This document shows, piece after piece, positions 9,633-19,090 of a DNA stretch of 64,000 nucleotides; positions within the stretch are counted from its first letter, which is position 1; each line of letters starts with the position of its first letter. A program made the position numbers and the translations under genes. Origin of the DNA: Myxococcota bacterium (GTDB lineage Bacteria > Myxococcota_A > UBA796 > CAJQPC01); the NCBI GenBank assembly GCA_036229005.1, contig JAZAMN010000031.1:96001-160000 (forward strand), given 5' to 3'. The notes beneath the pieces were generated by a model. The model ran no database searches and was not told the DNA's origin. It saw only the letters and a program-made list of their open reading frames with translations.

Positions 9633-10501
9633 GCGGGGTCCTGCGCCTTGAGGAACTCCACGTGGAAGCGACAGGCCCCCACCGGCTCCACGTGGTGCCA
9701 CTGCTGCGGCTGGACGACGCCCACCACGCCCGGCTCCAGCATCCAGCTCGGGCCGCCCTCGACCACGTAGCGCAGGCGCCCTGCCTCCACGACGATGCGC
9801 CCCCACACCCCCGCGCGGGTGTTGTGCCGGCCCAGAAGCCCCTTGGGCACGCTGCGCTCGTCAAAGTCCGGGGTGCGCTTGTAGGGGTGTAGATCCTGGG
9901 GCAGCGCGAACATGGGCTCACCCTCTGGAGCCGGTGGGCACAGCAGCATCTGCAGCAGCTCCCTCAGCGCCAGCGAGGACAGGCTGGGCCCGCCCATGCT
10001 GGTCCACGTGAACTCACCGATCAGCGCCCGGTACATGAGCTGGGCGCGCGCTTGGGCGACCTCATTGGGCAGGCCTGCCGCCACCAGCAGCTCCCGGACA
10101 TAGGCCAGCCGGCGCTGGTCCACCTTGCCCAGGACCTCGGCGACCTTGGGGTCCGTGCCGGCCCAGGCGCGCAGCGCGGCCTCGATGCGGTCGTGCTCGG
10201 GGTTGGGGGCGAACACCAGCCAGCTCAGGCGCTCCAGGCGCGCTCGGGGGTCGGCGCTGCGGGCGTCGGTCTGCCGAATCACCGCGTCCGTGGCCCGCTC
10301 CGCGAAGCGCAGCAGCATCGCATCCCGGAGCTGCGCCTTACCCTTGAAGTGGTGGTAGAAGCTCCCCTTTGAGACCCCCACCCGGCGCGCGAGGGGCTCG
10401 ATGGCGAGGGCCCGGGGGCCGCCATCCGCGAGGGCTTCCAGGGCGGCATCCGCCCAGTCTTCGGGGGTCAGCGACACGAGCACTCCGGATCGGGGGGACA
10501 C
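9620..10501 (-). CDS. TetR family regulator fused to DUF1971 (YeaR/TehB N-terminal-like) cupin
   Basis: HTH LARRVGVSKGSFYHHF; C-terminus YKRTPDF-P-GLL-HNT-GVWG-GRL-P-WHHVE; start uncertain. Confidence 0.75.
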   Translation of the reverse strand: MSPRSGVLVSLTPEDWADAALEALADGGPRALAIEPLARRVGVSKGSFYHHFKGKAQLRDAMLLRFAERATDAVIRQTDARSADPRARLERLSWLVFAPNPEHDRIEAALRAWAGTDPKVAEVLGKVDQRRLAYVRELLVAAGLPNEVAQARAQLMYRALIGEFTWTSMGGPSLSSLALRELLQMLLCPPAPEGEPMFALPQDLHPYKRTPDFDERSVPKGLLGRHNTRAGVWGRIVVEAGRLRYVVEGGPSWMLEPGVVGVVQPQQWHHVEPVGACRFHVEFLKAQDPAQTS

Positions 10502-10524
10502 CTCAGCGTGGCCTGCCCCGCAAC

Positions 10525-10563
10525 CATACGCTATCGTATGCTTCCAACATACGGAAGCGTATG
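10525..10563. promoter_or_regulatory. Tandem palindromic operators, probably TetR sites
   Basis: CATACG-N4-CGTATG at 10525-10540 and 10548-10563, between divergent tetR and a membrane gene. Confidence 0.8.
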
Positions 10564-10579
10564 CTCCCCGGAGGCCCCC

Positions 10580-11377
10580 ATGGAATCACTCGTGGAAACA
10601 CTGCTCGCCCCCGCTCTGGTCAGCGCCCCCCGCGTGGTCGCAGCCGCCAGCCTTGCCCTGCTCGCCGGGGCCCACTCCGTGCTGGGGGAGAAGGAGATCC
10701 TGCGCCCCCTCTTCGCCGCCCAGTGGAGCCAGCCGGCCCCCCGCTGGGCGCACGAGCGCATCCTCCGCTTTGCCTGGCACCTGAGCTCCGTGGCCTGGCT
10801 CGCCCTGGCCGCCCTGGCCCTGAACCTCCCCCTGGGCGCCAGCCTCGCGGGCGTGGGGCTGCTCAGCGCGGGAATCATCTTCTTCACCCTGCGCGGTCAC
10901 CTGGCCTGGCCGCTGTTCACGGCGGTCGGCGTGGCGGGCCTGCAGCTCCAGGGCTGGCTGAGCGCTCCGCTCCTGAGCCTGACGGTCGGGGCCGCGGTGC
11001 TCGCGCTGCTGGGGGCCTCCGCGCTGCATCTGTATTGGGTGGCGGGAGGGCGCTTTGGCCTGGACGCGGCCATCCCGAGCAGGGACGGTGAGCCGGCCTT
11101 CCAGCCTCCTGCCTGGCTCACCGCCGCTGTCGCCTTCGCCCTGCTGTCCCTGGCCGGCCTGCTCATGTGGGTCTGGGGCGGTCAAGCGCCGCGCTGGGCG
11201 TCCTGGGCCGTCGGGCTCGCCGGCTGCGTGATGCTGCTGCGGGCCATCGGCGATGGCAAGCAGGTGGGCCTGTCCAAGGCGGAGCACGAGAGCCTGTTCG
11301 CCCGCTGGGACGACCGGGTGTTCACGCCGGTGGTGCTGCTGTTGGCGGGGGGTTGTGGGGCGGCGCTGCTGGAGTGA
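10580..11377 (+). CDS. Multi-pass membrane protein, C-terminal DUF3995-like domain
   Basis: SD GGAGG; about 7-8 hydrophobic segments; LHLYWVAGG, RAIGD, FARWD-FTP. Confidence 0.65.
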   Translation: MESLVETLLAPALVSAPRVVAAASLALLAGAHSVLGEKEILRPLFAAQWSQPAPRWAHERILRFAWHLSSVAWLALAALALNLPLGASLAGVGLLSAGIIFFTLRGHLAWPLFTAVGVAGLQLQGWLSAPLLSLTVGAAVLALLGASALHLYWVAGGRFGLDAAIPSRDGEPAFQPPAWLTAAVAFALLSLAGLLMWVWGGQAPRWASWAVGLAGCVMLLRAIGDGKQVGLSKAEHESLFARWDDRVFTPVVLLLAGGCGAALLE

Positions 11378-11972
11378 GTACGGCCTGGGCGACCAGACCG
11401 AGCCCCAGGGCCGCGAGGAGGTGCCAGAGGAAGTGGGTGCCCACCGGGATGAAGGCACAACTCCAGGCATCCAAGGCCCTGAGCCCCCATGCCACCCCCA
11501 GCACCAGCGAGGACAGGCTGAGGCGGTCGGCGCCAGGGTGACCTCGCTGGTGGAAGGATCTGGCAAAGAGCGCGAGCAGCAGGATGGCGGGGAGGTAGGC
11601 CACCCCCATGGCGGCGGGGTCGGCCACCGCTGGCCACAGGAGCAGAGCGGGGAGCGCACTCAGAGCGCCCAGCCCCGCCACCCGACCCCAGCTGAGCTGC
11701 AGGTGGACGCGCGCCGTTCGGTGCAGGGCGATGGCCACGAACACGGCGATGGGGATCACGTCGGCGGCCATGCTCCAGGTCCTCGCAAGGGTGTGGAAGA
11801 GGGCGCTGCCCAGGCCGATGCTGACCAGCAGCCAGGCCCCCAGCGGGCTGCGAGGGCGCACCCAGAGCGCGGCCAGCAGGAAGGCCAGGTTGGTGGTGGC
11901 GTTGAGCGGCTCCGCCCAGAGGTCCGAGCTGAGCCTCTCGCAATACAGGTCCTGGTGCTGCCATAGAGACAT
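11322..11972 (-). CDS. Alkaline ceramidase-like (CREST) membrane hydrolase
   Basis: YCER-WAEPLNATTN, GSALFH, DVIPI, GTHFLWH. Confidence 0.75.
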   Translation of the reverse strand: MSLWQHQDLYCERLSSDLWAEPLNATTNLAFLLAALWVRPRSPLGAWLLVSIGLGSALFHTLARTWSMAADVIPIAVFVAIALHRTARVHLQLSWGRVAGLGALSALPALLLWPAVADPAAMGVAYLPAILLLALFARSFHQRGHPGADRLSLSSLVLGVAWGLRALDAWSCAFIPVGTHFLWHLLAALGLGLVAQAVLTPAAPPHNPPPTAAPPA

Positions 11973-12104
11973 GCGTCCCTGTATCCGCTATGCCTCCCCC
12001 GGAAGGGGCGGGGCTCTCGGCATTCCTGACAGGTCATTGTCCCGTAATGGGCTGCGCCGCGCCCCCCGCGTACTTGGACGCCGAAACACCCGGAGGAGAA
12101 GCCC

Positions 12105-12911
12105 ATGCTTCCCATGATGCTGATGATGACCGCCGCCTTCGCGCAGGAGGTCGCGTTCGAAGAGACCAACAAGGCCATCGAGGAGGCCGAGGCCCCCGAA
12201 GCGGACCTCTCCGCCGAGCTCGGCGGCGCGATGACCACCGGAAACACAGACTTCTGGACGGTCAAGGGCACCGTGACCGGCTCCTACCGCTGGCAGATGA
12301 ACAAGCTGGGCATGTCCGCCATGGGCCTGACCGGCCGCAACCGCCCCGACGTAGACGGCGACGGCATCCTGAACAACGGCGAGCGCGACCTGGACCGGGT
12401 CAAGAACGCACAGAAGTTCGACGGCGGCCTGCGCTACGACCGCTTCCTGGGCGAGAGCTCCTCTCTGTACGCGATGTCTTCGGCGATGCACGACTACTTC
12501 GCGGGTGTGCAGCTCCGTACCAACGAGCAGGTCGGCTACAGCCGCAACCTCCTCAAGGCGGAGAACACCTCCCTGCTGGTCGAGCTCGGCGCTGGCGTGC
12601 AGCAGGAGTGGCAGATCCTGGAGGACCCCGCGGCCGAGGACTTCTCGAACGTGTTCCAGGCCCGCGCGCTGATCGCCTTCTCCCACACCTTCAACGACGC
12701 CGTGAAGTTCACCGAGTCCGTCGAAGCCTACGAGAACGTGCTCGACCCTGCCGACTTCCGCGCGGTCAACCGCGCTGCGTTGACCATGCAGCTCTCGGAG
12801 AACCTGGCCCTCAAGCTCTCCAACGACCTGTACTGGGACAACACCCCGGTCGACGGCTTCCAGAAGCTCGACCAGACCACGATGCTGTCCGTGGTCGCCA
12901 CCATCCTCTGA
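12105..12911 (+). CDS. DUF481/YdiY-like outer-membrane beta-barrel
   Basis: Signal -AFAQ; TTGNTD; amphipathic strands; YWDNTP-GF-KLDQTT. Confidence 0.7.
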   Translation: MLPMMLMMTAAFAQEVAFEETNKAIEEAEAPEADLSAELGGAMTTGNTDFWTVKGTVTGSYRWQMNKLGMSAMGLTGRNRPDVDGDGILNNGERDLDRVKNAQKFDGGLRYDRFLGESSSLYAMSSAMHDYFAGVQLRTNEQVGYSRNLLKAENTSLLVELGAGVQQEWQILEDPAAEDFSNVFQARALIAFSHTFNDAVKFTESVEAYENVLDPADFRAVNRAALTMQLSENLALKLSNDLYWDNTPVDGFQKLDQTTMLSVVATIL

Positions 12912-12971
12912 GGCCGGCGGCCGCTCCCCCGCGGCCCGGCCACCCCATCCCCCCATCTCCAAAGAGACTCC

Positions 12972-13850
12972 ATGAACAAGCTCCTCCTCCTGCTGGCCTC
13001 CCAGGCCTACGCCCAGGACAACGCGGCCGGCCCGGCCGTCCCCAACCCCGATCAGATGCAGGTCTACATCGACAAGGGCATCGAGATCGGCGGCAACGTG
13101 CTGATCGCCCTGGTCACCCTGATCATCGGCTGGATGGTCGCCGGCAAGCTCCAGAAGGTGCTCATCAACCAGATGACCGAGCGCAAGATCGACGTGGCGG
13201 TCAGCCGCTTTGTCGGCAACATCGTGCGCTACATGGTGGTCGCCGCCACCATCATCGCCGCCCTGGGCCGCCTGGGCGTTGAGACCACCTCCGTCATCGC
13301 CATCCTGGGCTCCGCCGGCCTGGCCGTCGGTCTGGCCCTGCAGGGCTCCCTGGCCAACTTCGCCAGCGGCGTGCTGATCCTCTTCTTCCGCCCCTTCGAG
13401 CTGGGTCACGTCGTCACCGCGGCTGGGCACACCGGCAAGGTCGAGGACATCGGTCTGTTCGCCACCACCCTGGGCACCCCGGACCACGAGACCATCATCA
13501 TCCCGAACTCCGCCATCACCGGCGGCAGCATCGTCAACCTGGCCCGCAAGGGCATCCGCCGCGTGGGCATCGACGTGGGCGTGGCCTACGGCACCGACGT
13601 GGCCAAGGTCACCAAGGTGCTGGAGCAGGTCGCCTTCGAGGCGCCCCTGGTCCTGGATGACCCCGCCCCCGCCGTCGTGTTCGTGAGCATGGGCGCGAGC
13701 TCCATCAACTTCAAGGTCTTCGTGCACGTCAAGTGGCAGGACTTCGTGGCCGTCCAGGGCGACGTCCGCACCCGCTGCTACAACGCGCTGGCCGAGAACG
13801 ACATCGAGATCCCCTTCGACACCATCACCGTGCTGCGCGGCGACGGCTGA
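12972..13850 (+). CDS. mscS: Small-conductance mechanosensitive channel
   Basis: GSAGLAVGLALQGSLANFASG, RPF-G, IIPNS, GVAYGTD, EIPF. Confidence 0.92.
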   Translation: MNKLLLLLASQAYAQDNAAGPAVPNPDQMQVYIDKGIEIGGNVLIALVTLIIGWMVAGKLQKVLINQMTERKIDVAVSRFVGNIVRYMVVAATIIAALGRLGVETTSVIAILGSAGLAVGLALQGSLANFASGVLILFFRPFELGHVVTAAGHTGKVEDIGLFATTLGTPDHETIIIPNSAITGGSIVNLARKGIRRVGIDVGVAYGTDVAKVTKVLEQVAFEAPLVLDDPAPAVVFVSMGASSINFKVFVHVKWQDFVAVQGDVRTRCYNALAENDIEIPFDTITVLRGDG

Positions 13851-13891
13851 GCTGGATCAGCGGCCCCTCTGCTGGGCCGCGTGCAAGCCTG

Positions 13892-13919
13892 ACGCCCCGC
13901 CTCTCTGGCGGGGCGTTTT
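13892..13919 (+). terminator. Rho-independent terminator after mscS
   Basis: Hairpin ACGCCCCGCC-TCTCT-GGCGGGGCGT followed by TTT. Confidence 0.75.
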
Positions 13920-13935
13920 CTGTTAGTGTCCCAAG

Positions 13936-14910
13936 GTGAGCGCACAAATCGAAATCCGCCTCTTCGAAGGCGAAGCCCCCTCCCGGACCTCGCGCGTCAG
14001 CGGCCGCCCCATGACCCTGGGTCGCGCCCCCACGAACGAGGTCTGCATCCCCGACGACCACATCTCCTGGCACCACGCCATGGTCTGGTTCGAGGCCGGC
14101 AGCCTCTGGATCAAGGACCTGGGCAGCCGCAACGGGACCTTCGTCAACGGACACCGCATCTCTGCGCCTACCGCTCTGGCGGCGACGGACGCCGTGCGGC
14201 TGGGCCCCGAGCTCAAGATCGAGCTGGGGATCGCCGGGGAGCCCTCCGTGGATCTCCCTATGGCCTTCGCCCTGGAGGAGGTCTCCTCCAGCGTCCGCTA
14301 CCCCATCATGGAGGACCGCTTCTCCATCGGCAGCGACCCGGGCTCCGATCTGCGCCTGGACGACGGCCCAGAAGAGGCCGGCGTGCTCCTGGTCGTCGGC
14401 CACGGAGAGGTCTGGCTGGGCATCGACGACGAGGACCACCTGCTGGAGCTCGACACCCCCTTCGAGCTCGCCGGCCGCCAGTTCGTCCTGCGGGCCGCCG
14501 ACCAGGTCCACGCCCCCACGGCCGCCCCTGAAGGCGACCGCTACAACTACCGCCTCGAGGCCACCCTGGACGGCGCGACCGGTCCCCAGGCCGTGCTCCG
14601 CGACCTGTCCACCGGCAACAGCCACGTGGTCTCCGCCGAGAACCGCGCCGTGCTGCTCTACCTGCTGGGGACCCAGCTCGTGCAAGACCGCAAGGAAGGC
14701 CTCAGCGCCACCGAGTGCGGGTGGGTCCAGGATCGCCAGGTCGCCACCGGGATCTGGGGCCGCGGCTCCAAGGGCAAGGACACCAACAGCCTGCACGTGC
14801 TCGTCTACCGCCTGCGCAAGGAGCTCAAGAAAGAGGGCTTCGACGCTTGGTTCATCGAGAAGCGCAAGCGCTACATCCGCGCCCGGCTGGCCGAGGTCCA
14901 GATCGCTTGA
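13936..14910 (+). CDS. FHA-domain protein with C-terminal OmpR-type winged helix
   Basis: FHA LGR-ISWHHA-DLGSRNGTFVNG; degenerate second FHA (FSIGS-DL-L); IWG-NSLHVLVYRLRKEL. Confidence 0.75.
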   Translation: MSAQIEIRLFEGEAPSRTSRVSGRPMTLGRAPTNEVCIPDDHISWHHAMVWFEAGSLWIKDLGSRNGTFVNGHRISAPTALAATDAVRLGPELKIELGIAGEPSVDLPMAFALEEVSSSVRYPIMEDRFSIGSDPGSDLRLDDGPEEAGVLLVVGHGEVWLGIDDEDHLLELDTPFELAGRQFVLRAADQVHAPTAAPEGDRYNYRLEATLDGATGPQAVLRDLSTGNSHVVSAENRAVLLYLLGTQLVQDRKEGLSATECGWVQDRQVATGIWGRGSKGKDTNSLHVLVYRLRKELKKEGFDAWFIEKRKRYIRARLAEVQIA

Positions 14911-14985
14911 AGCCTGCGGAGGCGCAGGGCCGCGCGTGAGTACGGGGTAAGCCCGATCAGGCACAGAACGCCGTAGAACTACTGT

Positions 14986-16869
14986 GTGAACGCGATGTCG
15001 CCCGTCTCCTCCCAACTGACCCCATCAACCCGCCTCGCAGGCAGGTTCACGCTCCTGCGCGAGCTGGGGACCGGGGGCACAGCCACCGTCTGGGAGGTCG
15101 AAGACGACCAGCTCGGTGTGCGCCGGGCCATCAAGATCCTCACCGCCAGCCGCCCCTCCCGGCGAGAGGCCCTGCGGCGGCGGCTGCGGGCAGAGGCCCG
15201 GGCGATGGCGCAGCTCGCCCACCCCAACGTGCTGGCCATCCACGACGTCGGCTCCCACGAACAGCTCGACTTCGTGGTCATGGACCTGGCCGAAGGCGGC
15301 AGCCTGGCTGAGTGGGTGGAGCGCACGGGCCCCATGGACCCGCACATGGCCCTGTCCTTCACGGTGCAGGTCCTCGCAGCGCTGGCCGCCGCGCACGCCG
15401 CCGGCATCGTCCACCGCGACGTCAAGCCCCAGAACGTCCTGCTCAACGCCCGCGGGACCGCCCTGCTGGCCGACTTCGGCATCGCCCTGTTGACCGAAGA
15501 CCAGCACCGCACCACCCGCACCGGCGTCGCGATGGGCTCGCTGAGCTTCATGGCCCCCGAGCAGCGCCTGGACGCCCGCTCCGTGGGCGCCTCCGCCGAC
15601 ATCTACGCCACCGGCGCGATGCTCTACAACCTGCTCACCGGGGCCAACCCGGTGGACCTGTTCACCGTGGAGATCGGCTCCCCCCGCCTCCGCGGCATCC
15701 CCGCGCCCCTGCAAGCCATCCTGGTCAAGGCCACCCGCCACGCCCCCTCCCAGCGCTACGAGAGCGCCCAGGCCATGGCCCGGGAGATCGTCGGCTTCCT
15801 GCCCCAGGCCGGCGACGACCCCTACCGCTCCAGCAACCCCGAGAACTTCCCGGCCCCCAGCCTGTCCATCCAGCACAGCACCTCGGGCCGCACGCCGACC
15901 ATCGGAGCCGACGGCGAGCCCCAGCCCAGCGGTGGGCAAAGCGGTGAACCCGGCAACGAGCTCGGCCACAACCCCACCCTGCTGCCCTTCAACGAAGAGG
16001 CCACCCGCGCGGCCATCACCTTCCTGGGCGACGACTTCGAGCTCTACGCGGCCTCCGTGCCCCAGCTCGCCGAGCCCAGCCCCCGCGGCGAGGGCCTCAC
16101 CCTGCTCCCCGAGCCCAACCTGCCGGAGAGCGGCCTCCTCACCGACGACCCGGTCCCCCCCGCCCCGGTCAGCGAGCCCGAGCCCGAGCCCGAGCGCTCC
16201 CCTCTCCCCTGGGTCCTGGCCGCCGGTCTGCTCCTGCTCCTGGGCGGCGGCGCCTGGTTCTGGGCCCAGTCCAGCCAGGTCCAGCAGGAGGAGGGGCTGT
16301 CGTCCGCAGCGGACATGGATCGGTCCACCTCGCTGGGGTCAGAGGTCGCACCCCAGCCCGAGACCACATCGGTCCCCGGCGAGGTGACCCGAGGCAGCTC
16401 GGACACCCCCATCCCCACCTCCTCCCCCCAGCCTGAGCCCCCGGAGCAGACCTCCAAGCCAGAGCCCGAACCCGCCGCGCCGGACAAGCCCGCCGCCAAG
16501 GCCAAGGCCCCCGCTGTCACCGCCGTGGCGCCACAGACCCCTCCGCCCCAGGGCACCGCCCCGCCCTTTGGCAAGTGGGTCCCCAGCGGCGGCGCGGGGT
16601 CGCTGGGCTACGTCGAGCTCGAGGTACGGGGTCACCCCGACAAGGTGCGCGCCACCTGGACCGCATTCGTTGGCGCGAACCAGGCAAAGACCCCCTTGAC
16701 CGGCGTCTTCGACCCGGACTCTGGCCGCCTGAGCCTGTCCAGCGCCGATGGGCGCACCCTCAAGCTGACCCTCTACCTGGACGCCAAGGGGCTCCAGGGC
16801 GAGTACAAGCGCGCGACGCCCACCGGTGACGACGGCGGGCACATCGACTTTTCCCCGGCGAGTTCATGA
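14986..16869 (+). CDS. Membrane Hanks-type Ser/Thr kinase
   Basis: GTGGTATV, AIK, HRDVKPQN, DFG, APE; one TM helix; Pro-rich linker and small extracytoplasmic domain. Confidence 0.92.
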   Translation: MNAMSPVSSQLTPSTRLAGRFTLLRELGTGGTATVWEVEDDQLGVRRAIKILTASRPSRREALRRRLRAEARAMAQLAHPNVLAIHDVGSHEQLDFVVMDLAEGGSLAEWVERTGPMDPHMALSFTVQVLAALAAAHAAGIVHRDVKPQNVLLNARGTALLADFGIALLTEDQHRTTRTGVAMGSLSFMAPEQRLDARSVGASADIYATGAMLYNLLTGANPVDLFTVEIGSPRLRGIPAPLQAILVKATRHAPSQRYESAQAMAREIVGFLPQAGDDPYRSSNPENFPAPSLSIQHSTSGRTPTIGADGEPQPSGGQSGEPGNELGHNPTLLPFNEEATRAAITFLGDDFELYAASVPQLAEPSPRGEGLTLLPEPNLPESGLLTDDPVPPAPVSEPEPEPERSPLPWVLAAGLLLLLGGGAWFWAQSSQVQQEEGLSSAADMDRSTSLGSEVAPQPETTSVPGEVTRGSSDTPIPTSSPQPEPPEQTSKPEPEPAAPDKPAAKAKAPAVTAVAPQTPPPQGTAPPFGKWVPSGGAGSLGYVELEVRGHPDKVRATWTAFVGANQAKTPLTGVFDPDSGRLSLSSADGRTLKLTLYLDAKGLQGEYKRATPTGDDGGHIDFSPASS

Positions 16870-18083
16870 TCCTCTTGCTCCTGTCCACCGTCCACGCCGC
16901 GGAGCCCACCTGGGAGCTCCACCTGCAGGGCGCGAGCGGCCACCTGGATGGCGTCCAGCCCTACAACCTGGGCCTGGGTGTCGCCGGCGGCTTGCACATC
17001 AAGCCCCGCCTGAGCGCGCAGCTCCTGGCCCAGGGCGGCTTCAACCAGCCCCGCCTGGATCTGCGCCCCGAGCTGCTGCTGAACCTCAGCGCCCCGGACA
17101 GCGACTGGGGCCGGGTCTTCCTGAGCGCCGGCTACGGCGTGTCCTTCGTCGGCGGGGTGGCCCCCCACGGCGCGGTGGGCCTGGGCTTGGACCTGCTGGA
17201 CGTGCACCCCACGTTGGGCCTGCGCATCCAGACGCGCACGCTGGTGAGCGGCGCGACCCCTGAAGCCTGGCAGCTCTCCGTCGGCCTCTTCCGCAAGCGC
17301 CCGAGCGCGCTGTATCCCGAGCCGCCCGAGCTCCCGGAGCCCCCGGCCGAGGAGCCCACCGAGACCGAACCCGACACGCCCGAGCCCGTCGCGCTGGGCA
17401 TGGGACCGGAGTGGATCCCCTATCCCCAGTGCGAGTGGGTCCCCGCCGACCAGGCCGAAGCCGCCCGTCAGGCGCTCGGAGAGGCCTTCGCTGGTGGGCC
17501 GGCCCCAGGCTCCGGAGCGGTCGTGGTCCTGGACCCCACCTCCCCCTCCCAGGGCAGCGTGGTGGTCGTGAGTCGCCCCGGCGACACCGTCGAGGTCAAG
17601 GGCGAGACCCTGCCGGTGGGCCCCGAAGGCCTGCTGGTGCTCGCGGCGCCCCCCGGCCGCCTGGACCTGGAGATCCGCGGCGCCGGCCAGTCCCTGCCCT
17701 TTGTGGTGGGCGTGACCGCGGACCACGTGGTCTGGCTGCGCGGCGACACCATGCCCCTCCCGGAGCCCCTGCGTGTCCACTACCCGGGCGGCTCCCGCAC
17801 CATGTCCGCCGAAGAGCGCGCGGCGCTGGAGGACTTCGTCACCCGCCTGGGCGACTGGAACGTCACCGTCCAGGGCTTCTACTCGCCAGAGGGCCGCCGG
17901 GACGCCAACCTGGCGCTGGCCGACTCCCGCGCACAGGCCGCCCGTCAGGCGCTGATCGACGCCGGGGTCCCCGCCGACCACATCACCATCCTCCCGCCCC
18001 CCGAAGCCCCGCCCACCGAGCTGTCGACCACCGACCAGCGCGCGGCCCTCATCTCCCCCGTGATCCCCGGAGACGCAGAATGA
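16866..18083 (+). CDS. Exported protein: beta-barrel-like N-terminus plus OmpA-like C-terminal domain
   Basis: ATGA coupling; signal -VHAA; VQGFYSPEG-N-LA-RA-L-GV. Confidence 0.7.
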   Translation: MILLLLSTVHAAEPTWELHLQGASGHLDGVQPYNLGLGVAGGLHIKPRLSAQLLAQGGFNQPRLDLRPELLLNLSAPDSDWGRVFLSAGYGVSFVGGVAPHGAVGLGLDLLDVHPTLGLRIQTRTLVSGATPEAWQLSVGLFRKRPSALYPEPPELPEPPAEEPTETEPDTPEPVALGMGPEWIPYPQCEWVPADQAEAARQALGEAFAGGPAPGSGAVVVLDPTSPSQGSVVVVSRPGDTVEVKGETLPVGPEGLLVLAAPPGRLDLEIRGAGQSLPFVVGVTADHVVWLRGDTMPLPEPLRVHYPGGSRTMSAEERAALEDFVTRLGDWNVTVQGFYSPEGRRDANLALADSRAQAARQALIDAGVPADHITILPPPEAPPTELSTTDQRAALISPVIPGDAE

Positions 18084-19090
18084 CCGCCAGCCTCCTGTTG
18101 CTGCTCCTGCTCGGCGCCGAGGGGCACCGCGTCGTCGGCGAAGGCGACACCGTCGAGTCCATCGCCCTGGAGCTGGGCGACCCCGCCCTTGCCCAGACCC
18201 TGCGCCGCATCAACGGCCTGGAGGACGACCAGCAGCCCGCGGTCGGCACCATCCTTGGCCTGCCCAAGAGCGACACACCGGCCGACCAGGCCGCCGTGGT
18301 CCAGTCCCTGCGCGGCCAGGCCACCGTGGACCGCGGCGCTGGTCCCGTCCCCCTCCCCGCGGGCACCCTGCTCGCTCCCGGGAGCCGGGTGTGCACCGGC
18401 GAGGCCAGCTTCATGACCCTGCGGCTGGCCGTGGGCTGCGAGGGCGAAGCCGGCGACGAGGTCAGCCTGCTCCCCGAGACCTGCCTGACCCTGGAGAACA
18501 CCTACGAAGCCGACGGCGACCGCTCCAGCGTGATCACCATGGACCAGGGCTCGCTCACGGTACAGGAGAGCAGCGCCGGGGCCGGACTGGTCACCGTCCA
18601 GACGCGCTCCGGTCTCGCCACCGGTCGGGGTGGTGGCTTCCGCGTCCACATCGAAGACTCCGCCACCCGCACCGAAGCCCTGGCCTCCCCCGTCGCGGTG
18701 ATCGGCGCCGGCAGCGAGGTCGGACTGAACGCCGGCCAGGGCGTGCGCGTCAAGCGGGGTGAAGCCCCCGGCCCCGTCGTGGAGCTGGCCAAGCCCGGCG
18801 ACCCCACCCTCCCCGAAGACCAATCCTTGCTGCGGATCCCGGACTTTGAGTGGCGGGTCGAGCCCGACGCCTTGGGCTACCGCCTGGAGTTCAGCGCGGA
18901 CGCCAACTTCACCGACGTCAGCTTCTACCGGGACGTGACCGCGCCCCCCTGGATCCCCGAGACCTTCGCCCTGCCCACCCAGCCCGATCAGGGCGTGTAC
19001 TGGCGGGTGACCACCATCGACTCCCTGGGCTTCATGGGGCTGCCCTCCGAGCCCCACTTCGCCCGCTTCCCCGCGGGGGTGCGCCCATGA
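18080..19090 (+). CDS. LysM + FecR-like + Ig/FN3-like exported protein
   Basis: ATGA coupling; GDTVESIA-RINGL-G-L-LP (LysM); G-V-TG, VQT-G-A-RG-FRV, L-AGQG (FecR); YRLEFS-F, VYWRV-GF-G-PS. Confidence 0.7.
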   Translation: MTASLLLLLLLGAEGHRVVGEGDTVESIALELGDPALAQTLRRINGLEDDQQPAVGTILGLPKSDTPADQAAVVQSLRGQATVDRGAGPVPLPAGTLLAPGSRVCTGEASFMTLRLAVGCEGEAGDEVSLLPETCLTLENTYEADGDRSSVITMDQGSLTVQESSAGAGLVTVQTRSGLATGRGGGFRVHIEDSATRTEALASPVAVIGAGSEVGLNAGQGVRVKRGEAPGPVVELAKPGDPTLPEDQSLLRIPDFEWRVEPDALGYRLEFSADANFTDVSFYRDVTAPPWIPETFALPTQPDQGVYWRVTTIDSLGFMGLPSEPHFARFPAGVRP

